Positions 46,938 through 59,753 of a stretch of DNA of 64,000 bases are shown one piece after another. Below the pieces are notes generated by a model. It worked only from the letters and a program-made list of their open reading frames with translations. It had not been told where the DNA came from and did no database searches. Origin of the DNA: Escherichia coli 042 (GTDB taxonomy: Bacteria; Pseudomonadota; Gammaproteobacteria; Enterobacterales; Enterobacteriaceae); NCBI RefSeq assembly GCF_000027125.1, contig NC_017626.1; one strand, given 5' to 3'. Numbering within the stretch: the stretch's first letter is position 1; each line of letters begins with the position of its first letter. Made by a program: the position numbers and the translations under genes.

Positions 46938-47914
46938 AACCAGTCCACTTCATCCTTATGCTCTTCGAAATCGGCGCGCATCACCTCAATCAGCTCCACC
47001 ATATCTTGTGGAATAGGCGCATGCCATTCCATTTCGATGCCGGAGATCGGGTGATAAAGACGCAGCATGGTTGCATGTAGCGCCTGGCGGTCAAACTTAC
47101 GCAGCGTGGAGATAAACGCTTCCGAAGCACCTTTTGGCGGACGCGGACGGCCACCATAAACCGGATCGCCCACCAGCGGATGAGTGATATGGGCCATATG
47201 CACGCGGATCTGGTGCGTACGTCCGGTTTCCAGACGCAACCGCAGACGCGTGTGCACACGGAAGTGTTCCATGATGCGATAGTGAGTGACCGCCGGTTTG
47301 CCCATGGGATGTACCGCCATGTGAGTACGTTTGGTCGGGTGGCGGCTGATTGGTTCATCTACTGTACCGCCAGCGGTCATATGACCAATTGCCACCGCTT
47401 CATACTCACGAGTAATTTCACGCCGTTGCAAAGATTCGACTAAACGCGTCTGAGCCGGAACGGTTTTTGCCACAACCATCAGGCCGGTGGTGTCTTTATC
47501 CAGACGATGGACGATGCCCGCACGCGGTACATCGGCAATGGGCGGATAATAATGAAGCAACGCATTCAGTACCGTGCCATCCGGGTTACCCGCGCCAGGA
47601 TGTACCACCAGGTCGCGTGGTTTATTAATGACGATGATATCTTCATCTTCATAGACGATATCCAGCGGGATATCCTGCGGTTCAAAACGCGCTTCTTCTT
47701 CAATCTCAGCGTTGATGGCAACCTGCTCGCCACCCAATACTTTTTCTTTCGGCTTATCACAAACTTTGCCGTTAACCAGCACGCGCTGGTCGAGGATCCA
47801 TTCTTTTATTCGCGAACGTGAATAATCCGGGAACATTTCGGCCAAAGCCTGATCTAAGCGTTGACCGAGTTGGTTTTCGGACACCGTTGCAGTGAGCTGT
47901 ACTCGTTGTGCCAT
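46934..47914 (-). CDS. rluD: 23S rRNA pseudouridine synthase RluD
   Basis: 326-aa ORF with S4 domain and HRLDKDTTGL catalytic motif. Confidence 0.95.
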   Translation of the reverse strand: MAQRVQLTATVSENQLGQRLDQALAEMFPDYSRSRIKEWILDQRVLVNGKVCDKPKEKVLGGEQVAINAEIEEEARFEPQDIPLDIVYEDEDIIVINKPRDLVVHPGAGNPDGTVLNALLHYYPPIADVPRAGIVHRLDKDTTGLMVVAKTVPAQTRLVESLQRREITREYEAVAIGHMTAGGTVDEPISRHPTKRTHMAVHPMGKPAVTHYRIMEHFRVHTRLRLRLETGRTHQIRVHMAHITHPLVGDPVYGGRPRPPKGASEAFISTLRKFDRQALHATMLRLYHPISGIEMEWHAPIPQDMVELIEVMRADFEEHKDEVDWL

Positions 47915-48048
47915 ATATACTGCTTCTTCGTTTATCGTTGGGGTTTTACGGCTTTGCCGTTTAATATAGTGTGCTATTGTAGCTGGTCTTAACCGGGAGC
48001 AGGAACAGAGAATCTCCCGTATTACATTTTGAGGAAAGTCAAAACGTC

Positions 48049-48786
48049 ATGACGCGCATGAAATATCTGGTGGCAGCCGCCACACTAAGCCTGTTTTTGG
48101 CGGGTTGCTCGGGGTCAAAGGAAGAAGTACCTGATAATCCGCCAAATGAAATTTACGCGACTGCACAACAAAAGCTGCAGGACGGTAACTGGAGACAGGC
48201 AATAACGCAACTGGAAGCGTTAGATAATCGCTATCCGTTTGGTCCGTATTCGCAGCAGGTGCAGCTGGATCTCATCTACGCCTACTATAAAAACGCCGAT
48301 TTGCCGTTAGCACAGGCTGCCATCGATCGTTTTATTCGCCTTAACCCGACCCATCCGAATATCGATTATGTCATGTACATGCGTGGCCTGACCAATATGG
48401 CGCTCGATGACAGTGCACTGCAAGGGTTCTTTGGCGTTGACCGTAGCGATCGCGATCCTCAACATGCACGAGCTGCGTTTAGTGACTTTTCCAAACTGGT
48501 GCGCGGCTATCCGAACAGTCAGTACACCACCGATGCCACCAAACGTCTGGTATTCCTGAAAGATCGTCTGGCGAAATATGAATACTCCGTTGCCGAGTAC
48601 TATACAGAACGTGGCGCATGGGTTGCCGTCGTTAACCGCGTAGAAGGCATGTTGCGCGACTACCCGGATACCCAGGCTACGCGTGATGCGCTGCCGCTGA
48701 TGGAAAATGCATACCGTCAGATGCAAATGAATGCGCAAGCTGAAAAAGTAGCGAAAATCATCGCCGCAAACAGCAGCAATACATAA
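48049..48786 (+). CDS. bamD: Outer-membrane assembly lipoprotein BamD (YfiO)
   Basis: 245-aa ORF with lipobox LAGCSG and TPR-like repeats. Confidence 0.95.
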
Positions 48787-48803
48787 CAGAAACCTGAAAC
48801 ACA

Positions 48804-48833
48804 AAACGGCAGCCTTGAGCTGCCGTTTTTTTA
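48804..48833 (+). terminator. bamD terminator
   Basis: aaaacggcagc-cttg-agctgccgtttt hairpin plus T-run. Confidence 0.8.
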
Positions 48834-49001
48834 TTCTGTTTGTTGTGAAACTGAAGCGATTTAGTCACTATCGATCTCATCAAATATGGCTCGCTTTGAG
48901 ATATTCCTCAAGTAAAAAAACACCTCTTCCTGCGATTTCTCACAAAAAAGATTCGTTGACAAAAAGTGACAAAATTATGAGATTTCCATCACACATTTTG
49001 A

Positions 49002-49397
<396 letters not shown>

Positions 49398-49420
49398 TCC
49401 TTTATATTGAGTGTATCGCC

Positions 49421-49446
49421 AACGCGCCTTCGGGCGCGTTTTTTGT
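49421..49446 (+). terminator. raiA terminator
   Basis: aacgcgcc-ttcg-ggcgcgtt hairpin plus T-run; TTGACA -35-like hexamer for pheL follows at 49446-49451. Confidence 0.8.
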
Positions 49447-49500
49447 TGACAGCGTGAAAACAGTACGGGTACTGTACTGAAGTCACTTAAGGAAACAAAC

Positions 49501-49548
49501 ATGAAACACACACCGTTTTTCTTCGCATTCTTTTTTACCTTCCCCTGA
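49501..49548 (+). CDS. pheL: pheA leader peptide (Phe-rich)
   Basis: Hand translation: MKHTPFFFAFFFTFP* (15 aa, 7 Phe). Not in ORF track. Confidence 0.9.
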   Translation: MKHTPFFFAFFFTFP

Positions 49549-49594
49549 ATGGGAGGCGTTTCGTCGTGTGAAACAGAATGCGAAGACGAACAAT

Positions 49595-49625
49595 AAGGCC
49601 TCCCAAACCGGGGGGCCTTTTTTAT
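49595..49625 (+). terminator. pheA attenuator terminator
   Basis: aggcctccc-aaacc-ggggggcct hairpin followed by TTTTTTATT. Confidence 0.8.
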
Positions 49626-49647
49626 TGATAACAAAAAAGGCAACACT

Positions 49648-50808
49648 ATGACATCGGAAAATCCGTTACTGGCGCTGCGCGAGAAGATAAGCGCGCTGGA
49701 TGAAAAATTGCTGGCGTTACTGGCAGAGCGGCGCGAACTGGCCGTCGAGGTGGGCAAAGCCAAACTGCTCTCGCATCGCCCGGTACGTGATATTGATCGC
49801 GAACGCGATTTGCTGGAAAGATTAATTACGCTCGGTAAAGCGCACCATCTGGACGCCCATTACATTACTCGCCTGTTCCAGCTCATCATTGAAGATTCCG
49901 TATTAACTCAGCAGGCTTTGCTCCAGCAACATCTCAATAAAATTAATCCACACTCTGCCCGCATTGCTTTTCTCGGCCCCAAAGGCTCCTATTCACATCT
50001 TGCCGCTCGTCAGTACGCTGCGCGTCACTTTGAGCAATTCATTGAAAGTGGCTGCGCCAAATTTGCCGATATTTTTAATCAGGTGGAAACCGGCCAGGCC
50101 GACTATGCCGTCGTACCGATTGAAAATACCAGCTCCGGTGCCATAAACGACGTTTACGATCTGCTGCAACATACCAGTTTGTCGATTGTTGGCGAGATGA
50201 CGTTAACTATCGATCATTGTTTGTTGGTCTCCGGCACTACTGATTTATCCACCATTAATACGGTCTACAGCCATCCGCAGCCATTCCAGCAATGCAGCAA
50301 ATTCCTTAATCGTTATCCACACTGGAAGATTGAATATACCGAAAGTACGTCTGCGGCAATGGAAAAGGTTGCACAGGCAAAATCACCGCATGTTGCTGCG
50401 TTGGGAAGCGAAGCTGGCGGCACTTTGTACGGTTTGCAGGTACTGGAGCGTATTGAAGCGAATCAGCGACAAAACTTCACCCGATTTGTGGTGTTGGCAC
50501 GTAAAGCCATTAACGTGTCTGACCAGGTTCCAGCGAAAACGACGTTGTTAATGGCGACCGGGCAACAAGCTGGTGCGCTGGTTGAAGCATTGCTGGTACT
50601 GCGCAACCACAATCTGATTATGACCCGTCTGGAGTCACGCCCGATTCACGGTAATCCATGGGAAGAGATGTTTTATCTGGATATTCAGGCCAATCTTGAA
50701 TCAGCGGAAATGCAAAAAGCATTGAAAGAGTTAGGGGACATCACCCGTTCGATGAAGGTATTGGGCTGTTACCCAAGTGAGAACGTAGTGCCTGTTGATC
50801 CAACCTGA
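49648..50808 (+). CDS. pheA: Chorismate mutase / prephenate dehydratase (P-protein)
   Basis: 386-aa ORF recognised as PheA. Confidence 0.96.
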   Translation: MTSENPLLALREKISALDEKLLALLAERRELAVEVGKAKLLSHRPVRDIDRERDLLERLITLGKAHHLDAHYITRLFQLIIEDSVLTQQALLQQHLNKINPHSARIAFLGPKGSYSHLAARQYAARHFEQFIESGCAKFADIFNQVETGQADYAVVPIENTSSGAINDVYDLLQHTSLSIVGEMTLTIDHCLLVSGTTDLSTINTVYSHPQPFQQCSKFLNRYPHWKIEYTESTSAAMEKVAQAKSPHVAALGSEAGGTLYGLQVLERIEANQRQNFTRFVVLARKAINVSDQVPAKTTLLMATGQQAGALVEALLVLRNHNLIMTRLESRPIHGNPWEEMFYLDIQANLESAEMQKALKELGDITRSMKVLGCYPSENVVPVDPT

Positions 50809-50811
50809 TGA

Positions 50812-50846
50812 AAAGGTGCCGGATGATGTGAATCACCCGGCACTGG
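50812..50846. terminator. Bidirectional terminator between convergent pheA and tyrA
   Basis: gtgccgg ... ccggcac hairpin. Confidence 0.55.
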
Positions 50847-50850
50847 ATTA

Positions 50851-51972
50851 TTAGTGGCGGTTGTCATTCGCCTGACGCAATAACACGCGGCTTTCACTCT
50901 GAAAACGCTGTGCGTAATCGCCGAACCAGTGCTCCACCTTGCGGAAACTGTCAATAAACGCCTGCTTATCGCCCTGCTCCAGCAACTCAATCGCCTCGCC
51001 GAAACGCTTATAGTAACGTTTGATTAACGCCAGATTACGCTCTGACGACATAATAATGTCGGCATAAAGCTGCGGATCCTGAGCAAACAGTCGCCCAACC
51101 ATCGCCAGTTCAAGGCGGTAAATCGGCGAAGAGAGCGCCAGAAGTTGCTCAAGCTGAACATTTTCTTCTGCCAGGTGCAGCCCATAAGCAAAAGTAGCAA
51201 AGTGGCGCAGAGCCTGAATAAACGCCATATTCTGATCGTGCTCGACAGCGCTAATACGATGCAGCCGAGCGCCCCAGACCTGAATTTGCTCCAGAAACCA
51301 TTGGTATGCTTCCGGCTTACGTCCATCACACCAGACCACAACTTGCTTTGCCAGGCTACCGCTGTCCGGGCCGAACATCGGGTGTAACCCCAGCACCGGA
51401 CCATCATGCGCCGCCAGCATGGCCTGTAATGGTCCATTTTTCACCGATGCCAGATCGACCAGAATACAATCTTTCGGTAAAGGCGGTAATTTGCCAATAA
51501 CTTGTTCAGTAACGTGGATGGGCACACTAACAATCACCATTCCGGCATCGGCAACAATATCAGCCGCTCGATCCCAGTCATGTTGCTCCAGAATCCGCAC
51601 CTGATAACCCGAGAGTGTCAGCATCTTCTCGAACAGACGTCCCATCTGACCGCCACCACCAACGATAACTACCGGGCGTAACGCAGGACAAAGCGTTTTA
51701 AATCCTTTGTCGTTTTCACTGGAGTAAGATTCACGCATCACCCGACGCAAAACATCCTCAATCAGATCTGGCGGTACACCCAGAGCTTCCGCCTCTGCAC
51801 GACGCGAGGCCAGCATAGATGCCTCGCGCTCCGGAACATAAATAGGCAGTCCAAAGCGGCTTTTCACCTCGCCCACTTCAGCAACCAGTTCCAGACGCTT
51901 CGCTAATAAATTCAGCAGCGCTTTATCGACTTCATCAATTTGATCGCGTAATGCGGTCAATTCAGCAACCAT
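50851..51972 (-). CDS. tyrA: Chorismate mutase / prephenate dehydrogenase (T-protein)
   Basis: 373-aa ORF recognised as TyrA. Confidence 0.96.
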   Translation of the reverse strand: MVAELTALRDQIDEVDKALLNLLAKRLELVAEVGEVKSRFGLPIYVPEREASMLASRRAEAEALGVPPDLIEDVLRRVMRESYSSENDKGFKTLCPALRPVVIVGGGGQMGRLFEKMLTLSGYQVRILEQHDWDRAADIVADAGMVIVSVPIHVTEQVIGKLPPLPKDCILVDLASVKNGPLQAMLAAHDGPVLGLHPMFGPDSGSLAKQVVVWCDGRKPEAYQWFLEQIQVWGARLHRISAVEHDQNMAFIQALRHFATFAYGLHLAEENVQLEQLLALSSPIYRLELAMVGRLFAQDPQLYADIIMSSERNLALIKRYYKRFGEAIELLEQGDKQAFIDSFRKVEHWFGDYAQRFQSESRVLLRQANDNRH

Positions 51973-51982
51973 AATAAACCTC

Positions 51983-53053
51983 TTAAGCCACGCGAGCCGT
52001 CAGCTGCCCGTTCAGATCCTGATGAATTTCACGCAGCAAGGCATCGGTCATTTCCCAACTAATGCAGGCATCGGTTACGGATACACCGTATTTCATTTCA
52101 CTGCGCGGTTGCTCGGAAGACTGATTGCCCTCGTGGATATTACTTTCGATCATCAGACCAATAATTGAGCGATTGCCATCTTTGATTTGAGCAACCACGG
52201 ATTCTGCCACCGCAGGCTGACGGCGATAATCTTTATTGGAATTACCGTGGCTGCAATCTACCATCAGAGACGGGCGCAGTCCCGCCTGTTCCATCTCTTT
52301 TTCACATTGCGCAACATCCGCAGGGCTATAGTTCGGCGCTTTACCACCGCGCAGGATCACATGCCCGTCCGGATTCCCCTGAGTTTGTAGCAACGCAACC
52401 TGCCCTGCCTGGTTAATGCCAACAAAACGGTGCGGCTGGGCGGCGGCACGCATAGCGTTAATTGCCGTTGCAAGGCTGCCGTCGGTGCCGTTTTTAAAAC
52501 CAACCGGCATGGAAAGCCCGGAGGCCATTTCACGGTGAGTTTGCGATTCCGTTGTACGAGCACCAATTGCTGACCAGCTAAACAGATCGCCCAGGTATTG
52601 CGGGCTATTTGGATCTAACGCTTCCGTCGCCAGTGGCAGTCCCATATTCACCAGCTCAAGCAGCAATTTACGCGCGATCTGCAGCCCGGCTTCTACATCA
52701 AAAGAGCCATCCATATGGGGATCGTTAATCAACCCTTTCCAACCGACAGTGGTACGGGGTTTTTCAAAATAGACGCGCATTACCAGATAGAGGCTATCGC
52801 TGACCTCTGCGGCAAGGGCTTTAAATCGACGAGCATATTCCAGAGCAGTTTCCGGCTCATGAATGGAACAAGGACCACATACTACCAGCAGACGAGGATC
52901 GCGCCCGGCGATAATATCTGAAATGGTTTTACGCGAGTCAGCAATCTGGGCTTCTTGTTGCAGGCTTAATGGAAAAGCGGCCTTCAGTTGTTCCGGAGTC
53001 ATTAAAACTTGTTCGTCGGTAATATGTACGTTATTCAGCGCGTCTTTTTGCAT
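51983..53053 (-). CDS. aroF: DAHP synthase, Tyr-sensitive
   Basis: ORF 51983..53122; start trimmed to [15 protein letters not shown] (356 aa). Confidence 0.95.
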   Translation of the reverse strand: MQKDALNNVHITDEQVLMTPEQLKAAFPLSLQQEAQIADSRKTISDIIAGRDPRLLVVCGPCSIHEPETALEYARRFKALAAEVSDSLYLVMRVYFEKPRTTVGWKGLINDPHMDGSFDVEAGLQIARKLLLELVNMGLPLATEALDPNSPQYLGDLFSWSAIGARTTESQTHREMASGLSMPVGFKNGTDGSLATAINAMRAAAQPHRFVGINQAGQVALLQTQGNPDGHVILRGGKAPNYSPADVAQCEKEMEQAGLRPSLMVDCSHGNSNKDYRRQPAVAESVVAQIKDGNRSIIGLMIESNIHEGNQSSEQPRSEMKYGVSVTDACISWEMTDALLREIHQDLNGQLTARVA

Positions 53054-53148
53054 GATGGCGATCCTGTTTATGCTCGTTTGCGATAGTTGATCCTCAGCGA
53101 GGATGACGTAACGATAACACATAAAGTAAAGTTTTCAATCCATATTTC

Positions 53149-53217
53149 GTACACTTTTCTTTACATAAGCAATTTAATCGCGCTTTTAACCCTTGTAACT
53201 GTATAAATAAATTTACA
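53149..53217. promoter_or_regulatory. TyrR-box-like palindromes in the aroF promoter region
   Basis: TGTATA-aataaa-TTTACA (53200-53217) and cGTAcA-cttttc-TTTACA (53149-53166) resemble TGTAAA-N6-TTTACA. Confidence 0.55.
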
Positions 53218-53262
53218 CCACCTTTGAAAACAATCCGCTATGCTTTGAAAAAGGAGAAAGAA

Positions 53263-53628
53263 ATGATGAAAAAGTTTATCGCCCCCTTGTTGGCTTTACT
53301 GGTTAGCGGATGTCAGATTGATCCTTATACTCACGCGCCAACCTTGACCAGCACCGACTGGTATGATGTTGGTATGGAAGATGCGATATCGGGCAGCGCC
53401 ATAAAAGATGACGATGCATTTAGCGATTCACAGGCGGATCGCGGTCTATACCTTAAAGGATATGCCGAAGGACAAAAGAAAACTTGCCAGACCGATTTTA
53501 CTTATGCCCGAGGACTTTCCGGTAAAAGCTTTCCTGCCAGCTGCAACAATGTTGAAAATGCCAGCCAACTGCATGAAGTATGGCAAAAAGGGGCTGATGA
53601 AAATGCCAGCACAATACGATTAAATTAA
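53263..53628 (+). CDS. yfiL: Lipoprotein YfiL
   Basis: ORF 53224..53628; start trimmed to MMKKFIAPLLALLVSGCQ (lipobox), 121 aa. Confidence 0.8.
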   Translation: MMKKFIAPLLALLVSGCQIDPYTHAPTLTSTDWYDVGMEDAISGSAIKDDDAFSDSQADRGLYLKGYAEGQKKTCQTDFTYARGLSGKSFPASCNNVENASQLHEVWQKGADENASTIRLN

Positions 53629-53777
53629 TTAAACCCCCGCAAATAAATTAAGCATGAGATTTTACTCATTGTGTTTTATTTCTCACATTGATGACGACCG
53701 CATGAAAGAATGATATTTTAATGAGCATTCTGAAAAAATATCGATGCATTTCGAGCGAAGATGGTGAGGATCCCTGA

Positions 53778-54296
53778 ATGCGTTTTTCTCACCGACTGTT
53801 CTTACTGCTGATTCTCCTGCTGACGGGAGCACCAATACTCGCTCAGGAACCTTCTGACGTTGCGAAAAACGTGCGTATGATGGTTTCCGGTATTGTCAGT
53901 TACACCCGCTGGCCTGCGCTATCAGGGCCACCAAAGTTATGTATCTTTTCATCTTCACGTTTTAGTACCGCCCTACAAGAGAATGCCGCGACATCTTTGC
54001 CTTATCTGCCTGTCATCATTCACACTCAACAAGAGGCGATGATTTCAGGCTGCAATGGTTTTTATTTTGGCAACGAGTCACCGACATTCCAGATGGAATT
54101 AACCGAACAATATCCGTCAAAGGCGTTATTATTAATTGCCGAACAAAATACCGAGTGCATTATTGGTAGCGCCTTTTGTCTGATCATCCACAATAATGAC
54201 GTCAGATTTGCCGTAAACCTGGATGCCTTATCGCGTAGCGGTGTAAAGGTCAACCCGGACGTCTTAATGCTCGCACGGAAGAAAAATGATGGATAA
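53778..54296 (+). CDS. yfiR: Periplasmic repressor of DgcN, YfiR
   Basis: 172-aa ORF with signal peptide. Confidence 0.88.
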
Positions 54297-55512
54297 CGAT
54301 AATTCTCTTAATAAGCGCCCCACGTTTAAAAGAGCATTACGCAACATCAGTATGACCAGCATATTTATCACTATGATGCTGATCTGGTTGCTGCTTTCCG
54401 TGACCTCGGTGCTGACCCTGAAACAGTACGCGCAAAAAAACCTGGCACTGACAGCAGCAACAATGACTTACAGTCTGGAAGCAGCGGTCGTTTTTGCCGA
54501 TGGCCCTGCAGCAACTGAAACACTGGCGGCGCTGGGGCAGCAAGGGCAATTTTCAACTGCAGAAGTGCGTGATAAGCAGCAAAATATTCTGGCATCCTGG
54601 CATTACACCCGTAAGGATCCAGGCGATACTTTCAGTAATTTCATAAGCCACTGGCTCTTCCCTGCCCCCATCATTCAGCCGATTCGTCACAATGGTGAAA
54701 CCATTGGCGAAGTACGCTTAACCGCTCGCGACAGTTCAATCAGCCATTTTATCTGGTTTTCGCTCGCCGTACTAACCGGTTGTATTCTGCTGGCATCAGG
54801 CATCGCAATTACCCTCACCCGCCATTTGCACAATGGTCTGGTGGAAGCATTGAAAAATATCACCGATGTCGTGCATGACGTACGTTCCAACCGCAATTTT
54901 TCCCGACGAGTTTCGGAAGAACGTATCGCTGAGTTTCACCGCTTCGCACTCGACTTCAACAGTCTGCTGGATGAAATGGAAGAGTGGCAGCTTCGTTTAC
55001 AGGCCAAAAATGCGCAGCTTCTACGTACCGCGCTACATGACCCATTAATCGGGCTGGCTAACCGCGCAGCGTTTCGTAGCGGCATCAACACGTTGATGAA
55101 CAATTCCGATGCCCGAAAAACGTCGGCGTTACTATTTCTTGATGGCGATAATTTCAAATATATCAATGATACCTGGGGTCATGCGACGGGCGATCGTGTC
55201 CTGATTGAGGTGGCAAAACGGTTAGCTGAATTTGGCGGGCTGCAACATAAAGCATACCGCATAGGCGGCGATGAATTTGCGATGGTCCTCTTTGGTGTAC
55301 AGTCGGAATCCGAAGTACAGCGGATTTGCTCAGCACTGACACAAATCTTTAATCGCCCGTTTGATCTTCATAATGGTCATCAGACCACCATGACATTAAG
55401 CATTGGTTACGCGATGACCATTGAGCATGCCTCTGCGGAAAAATTACAAGAGCTGGCCGATCACAATATGTATCAGGCCAAACACCAGCGTGCCGAAAAG
55501 CTGGTGAGATAA
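54286..55512 (+). CDS. dgcN: Diguanylate cyclase DgcN (YfiN)
   Basis: 408-aa ORF with transmembrane segments, HAMP-like region and GGDEF domain (RIGGDEF). Confidence 0.92.
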
Positions 55513-55527
55513 CAAGGATATATCGAT

Positions 55528-56010
55528 ATGATAAAGCACCTGGTAGCACCCCTGATTTTCACCTCGCTAGTACTGACTGGCTGCCAGTCCCCTCAGGGAA
55601 AGTTTACTCCTGAGCAAGTTGCCGCTATGCAATCTTATGGATTTACTGAATCCGCCGGCGACTGGTCGCTGGGATTATCAGATGCCATTCTGTTCGCAAA
55701 AAATGACTACAAATTGCTCCCGGAAAGCCAGCAACAGATCCAAACCATGGCAGCCAAATTGGCCTCGACAGGGCTAACGCATGCCCGTATGGATGGACAC
55801 ACCGACAACTATGGTGAAGACAGTTACAACGAAGCCTTATCATTGAAACGGGCGAATGTCGTGGCCGATGCCTGGGCTATGGGTGGACAAATTCCGCGCA
55901 GCAATCTCACCACACAGGGTTTAGGAAAAAAATATCCCATAGCCAGTAACAAGACCGCCCAGGGCCGCGCCGAGAACCGCCGCGTCGCAGTGGTGATTAC
56001 TACCCCTTAA
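55528..56010 (+). CDS. yfiB: OmpA-family outer-membrane lipoprotein YfiB
   Basis: 160-aa ORF with lipobox LTGCQS and OmpA-like C-domain (NRRVAV). Confidence 0.9.
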   Translation: MIKHLVAPLIFTSLVLTGCQSPQGKFTPEQVAAMQSYGFTESAGDWSLGLSDAILFAKNDYKLLPESQQQIQTMAAKLASTGLTHARMDGHTDNYGEDSYNEALSLKRANVVADAWAMGGQIPRSNLTTQGLGKKYPIASNKTAQGRAENRRVAVVITTP

Positions 56011-56086
56011 AACACGAACAAACAGATAAAAAAAGGGCCAGCCAATTGGCCAGCCCTTCTTAACAGGATGTCGCTTAAGCGAAACC

Positions 56087-56437
<351 letters not shown>

Positions 56438-56475
56438 TTAATCTCTTATCCTGGGTAAACTGATATCTCGGGGGC

Positions 56476-57243
56476 TTACGCCATCCCATCATGTTTATGT
56501 TGCTGTTGTGCGTGTTCCGTTTTGAACTCCGCCAGCAACCTTGCTTGCTCTTCAGTCAGAGCCAGGTTTTCCAGAAGTTCAGGTCTTCTAAGCCAGGTAC
56601 GGCCCAGCGACTGTTTCAAACGCCAGCGACGTATCTCGGCATGGTTGCCCGACAGTAACACTGACGGAACTTCCATCCCTTCTAACACCTCAGGCCGCGT
56701 ATAGTGCGGGCAATCCAGCAATCCTTCAGCAAAGGAATCTTCCGTTGCCGAAGCTTCATGTCCCAGTACTCCCGGAATAAACCGGGAAACGGAGTCAATC
56801 AGCGTCATTGCTGGTAACTCACCACCACTGAGAACGTAATCGCCGATTGACCATTCTTCGTCAATTTCGGTTTGGATCACGCGCTCATCTATACCTTCGT
56901 AGCGACCGCACACCAGAATCAATTTTTGATTCGTTGCCAGTTCACTGACGCCCGCTTGATCAAGCTTGCGTCCCTGTGGTGAAAGATAAATCACCTTTGC
57001 GCCTTCACCCGCCGCGGCTTTTGCTGCATGAATGGCGTCCCGCAAGGGTTGCACCATCATTAACATCCCCGGTCCGCCGCCGTAAGGACGATCGTCCACA
57101 GTACGGTGCCGGTCATGCGTGAAGTCGCGAGGACTCCAGCTCTGGATGCTCAGCAGGCCATTTTTAACTGCCCGGCCAGTTACCCCGTAATCGGTAATTG
57201 CGCGGAACATTTCAGGAAACAGGCTAATTATGCCAATCCACAT
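56476..57243 (-). CDS. trmD: tRNA (guanine37-N1)-methyltransferase
   Basis: 255-aa ORF recognised as TrmD. Confidence 0.96.
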   Translation of the reverse strand: MWIGIISLFPEMFRAITDYGVTGRAVKNGLLSIQSWSPRDFTHDRHRTVDDRPYGGGPGMLMMVQPLRDAIHAAKAAAGEGAKVIYLSPQGRKLDQAGVSELATNQKLILVCGRYEGIDERVIQTEIDEEWSIGDYVLSGGELPAMTLIDSVSRFIPGVLGHEASATEDSFAEGLLDCPHYTRPEVLEGMEVPSVLLSGNHAEIRRWRLKQSLGRTWLRRPELLENLALTEEQARLLAEFKTEHAQQQHKHDGMA

Positions 57244-57273
57244 AGCGCCGTCTTTTACCGTTTATCCGGTGGT

Positions 57274-57822
57274 TTAAAAACCAGGATCCCAATCTACTTC
57301 GATTGAACGAGTAGTGAGATCGACTTTCTTGATAACCTGCCCATCGAGGAACGGTACGAGACGTTCCTTGATACCAAACGCATCTTTCAGGTTTGCCTTA
57401 ATGACGAGAACGTCATTAGATCCGGTTTCCATCATATCGACGACTTTACCGAGATCGTAGCCTTCAGTGGTTACTACCTGGCAGCCCATCAGGTCTTTCC
57501 AGTAGTAGTCACCCTCTTCAAGCTGAGGCAGCTGCGATGAATCCACGACAATTTCACAATTCGTCAGCAGGTTCGCCGCATCACGATCGTCAACGCCTTT
57601 CAGCTTGATGATCATGTCCTGATTGTGGTGCTTCCAGCTTTCCAGCTGGACTTGCTGCCACTGACCCGCCTTCTGGATAAACCAGGGCTGATAGTCAAAA
57701 ATGCTTTCGGCGTCTTCGGTGGAAGAAAACACTCTGAGCCACCCACGAATACCGTAAGACGAACCCATTTTTCCCAAAACGATGGGATCAACAGGTGCTT
57801 GCGCGGTGAGTTGTTTGCTCAT
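57274..57822 (-). CDS. rimM: Ribosome maturation factor RimM
   Basis: ORF 57274..57831; start trimmed to [13 protein letters not shown] (182 aa). Confidence 0.93.
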
Positions 57823-57840
57823 CATGACCACCGTGACAGA

Positions 57841-58167
<327 letters not shown>

Positions 58168-58225
58168 TTACTGATTTCTGGAGAAAATGCAATCAGCAGT
58201 TAATAACTCTGTCGCATAAGGTCAT

Positions 58226-59587
58226 TTAGCGACCAGGAAATCCCGGCGGCATCATACCCTTCATGCTTCTCATCATCTTCGCCATTCCGCCCTTCTTCAT
58301 TTTCTTCATCATGCGCTGCATGTCGTCGAACTGCTTCAGAAGGCGGTTAACGTCCTGTACCTGCATCCCGCAACCGGCGGCGATACGACGCTTACGCGAA
58401 CCTTTGATGATTTCTGGCTTAGCGCGCTCTTTCATCGTCATCGAGTTGATGATGGCTTCCATACGCACCAGCACTTTATCGTCCATCTGCGACTTGACGT
58501 TATCCGGGATCTGCCCCATGCCCGGCAGCTTGCCCATCAGGCTAGCCATGCCGCCCATATTTTTCATCTGGCGCAGCTGCTCAAGAAAGTCGTTGAGATC
58601 GAAGCCGTCGCCTTTTTTCAGCTTGCTGGCTAATTTCTCTGCCTGCGCGCGGTCAACTTTGCTTTCGATATCTTCGATCAGTGACAGTACGTCGCCCATG
58701 CCGAGAATACGCGACGCGATGCGGTCCGGATGGAACGGCTCCAGCGCCTCAGTTTTCTCGCCAACACCGAGGAACTTGATCGGTTTGCCAGTGATGTGAC
58801 GAATAGAGAGCGCCGCACCACCGCGGGCATCGCCGTCCACTTTGGTCAAGACTACACCGGTAAGCGGTAACGCTTCATTGAATGCTTTTGCCGTATTGGC
58901 CGCATCCTGACCGGTCATGGCGTCAACCACAAACAGGGTTTCAACCGGATTAATCGACGCATGGACTTGTTTGATCTCATCCATCATCGCTTCGTCAACG
59001 TGCAGACGACCAGCGGTATCCACCAGCAGCACGTCGTAGAATTTCAGTTTGGCTTCTTTCAGCGCCGCGTTAACGATATCTACCGGCTTCTGACCAACAT
59101 CAGAAGGGAAGAAATCAACGCCCACCTGCTCTGCCAGCGTCTCAAGCTGTTTGATTGCCGCCGGGCGATAAACGTCGGCGGAAACCACCAGCACTTTCTT
59201 CTTGTGCTTCTCGCGCAGGAACTTACCGAGTTTACCAACGCTGGTTGTTTTACCGGCACCTTGCAGGCCCGCCATCAGCACGACCGCAGGCGGTTGCGCA
59301 GCCAGGTTCAGGGTCTGGTTCTCTTCGCCCATCGCCGCAACCAGTTCGTTACGGACGATTTTGACGAACTCCTGCCCCGGCGTCAGGCTCTTATTAACTT
59401 CATGACCAACCGCTTTCTCTTTTACGCGATTGATAAACTCACGCACTACCGGCAGAGCGACGTCCGCCTCCAGCAGCGCCATGCGCACTTCGCGCAGCGT
59501 ATCTTTTACGTTGTCTTCAGTGAGGCGTCCACGGCCACTGATATTGCGCAGCGTGCGCGACAAACGATCGGTTAAATTATCAAACAT
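58226..59587 (-). CDS. ffh: Signal recognition particle protein Ffh
   Basis: 453-aa ORF with NG-domain GTPase motifs and Met-rich M-domain. Confidence 0.96.
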   Translation of the reverse strand: MFDNLTDRLSRTLRNISGRGRLTEDNVKDTLREVRMALLEADVALPVVREFINRVKEKAVGHEVNKSLTPGQEFVKIVRNELVAAMGEENQTLNLAAQPPAVVLMAGLQGAGKTTSVGKLGKFLREKHKKKVLVVSADVYRPAAIKQLETLAEQVGVDFFPSDVGQKPVDIVNAALKEAKLKFYDVLLVDTAGRLHVDEAMMDEIKQVHASINPVETLFVVDAMTGQDAANTAKAFNEALPLTGVVLTKVDGDARGGAALSIRHITGKPIKFLGVGEKTEALEPFHPDRIASRILGMGDVLSLIEDIESKVDRAQAEKLASKLKKGDGFDLNDFLEQLRQMKNMGGMASLMGKLPGMGQIPDNVKSQMDDKVLVRMEAIINSMTMKERAKPEIIKGSRKRRIAAGCGMQVQDVNRLLKQFDDMQRMMKKMKKGGMAKMMRSMKGMMPPGFPGR

Positions 59588-59753
59588 TGTCTCTCGCCTG
59601 GGGTGGAAACGGTTGGCCGCAATCGCGACACATCATCAGTATTTTGCCGCAGTATAACATGAAGGCGTCTTTGTTGTTATGCAACGGTTGGAGCTGCGTT
59701 CACCTAACGCTATACTGCTTCTCTTTCTTATTGCTCAAACTGTCGACCTTACT

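Noticed and set aside
53629-56010. yfiL-yfiR-dgcN-yfiB as a candidate novel signalling or defence module
   Set aside because: This is the known YfiBNR (DgcN) c-di-GMP signalling system of E. coli, in its usual chromosomal position between aroF and rplS.
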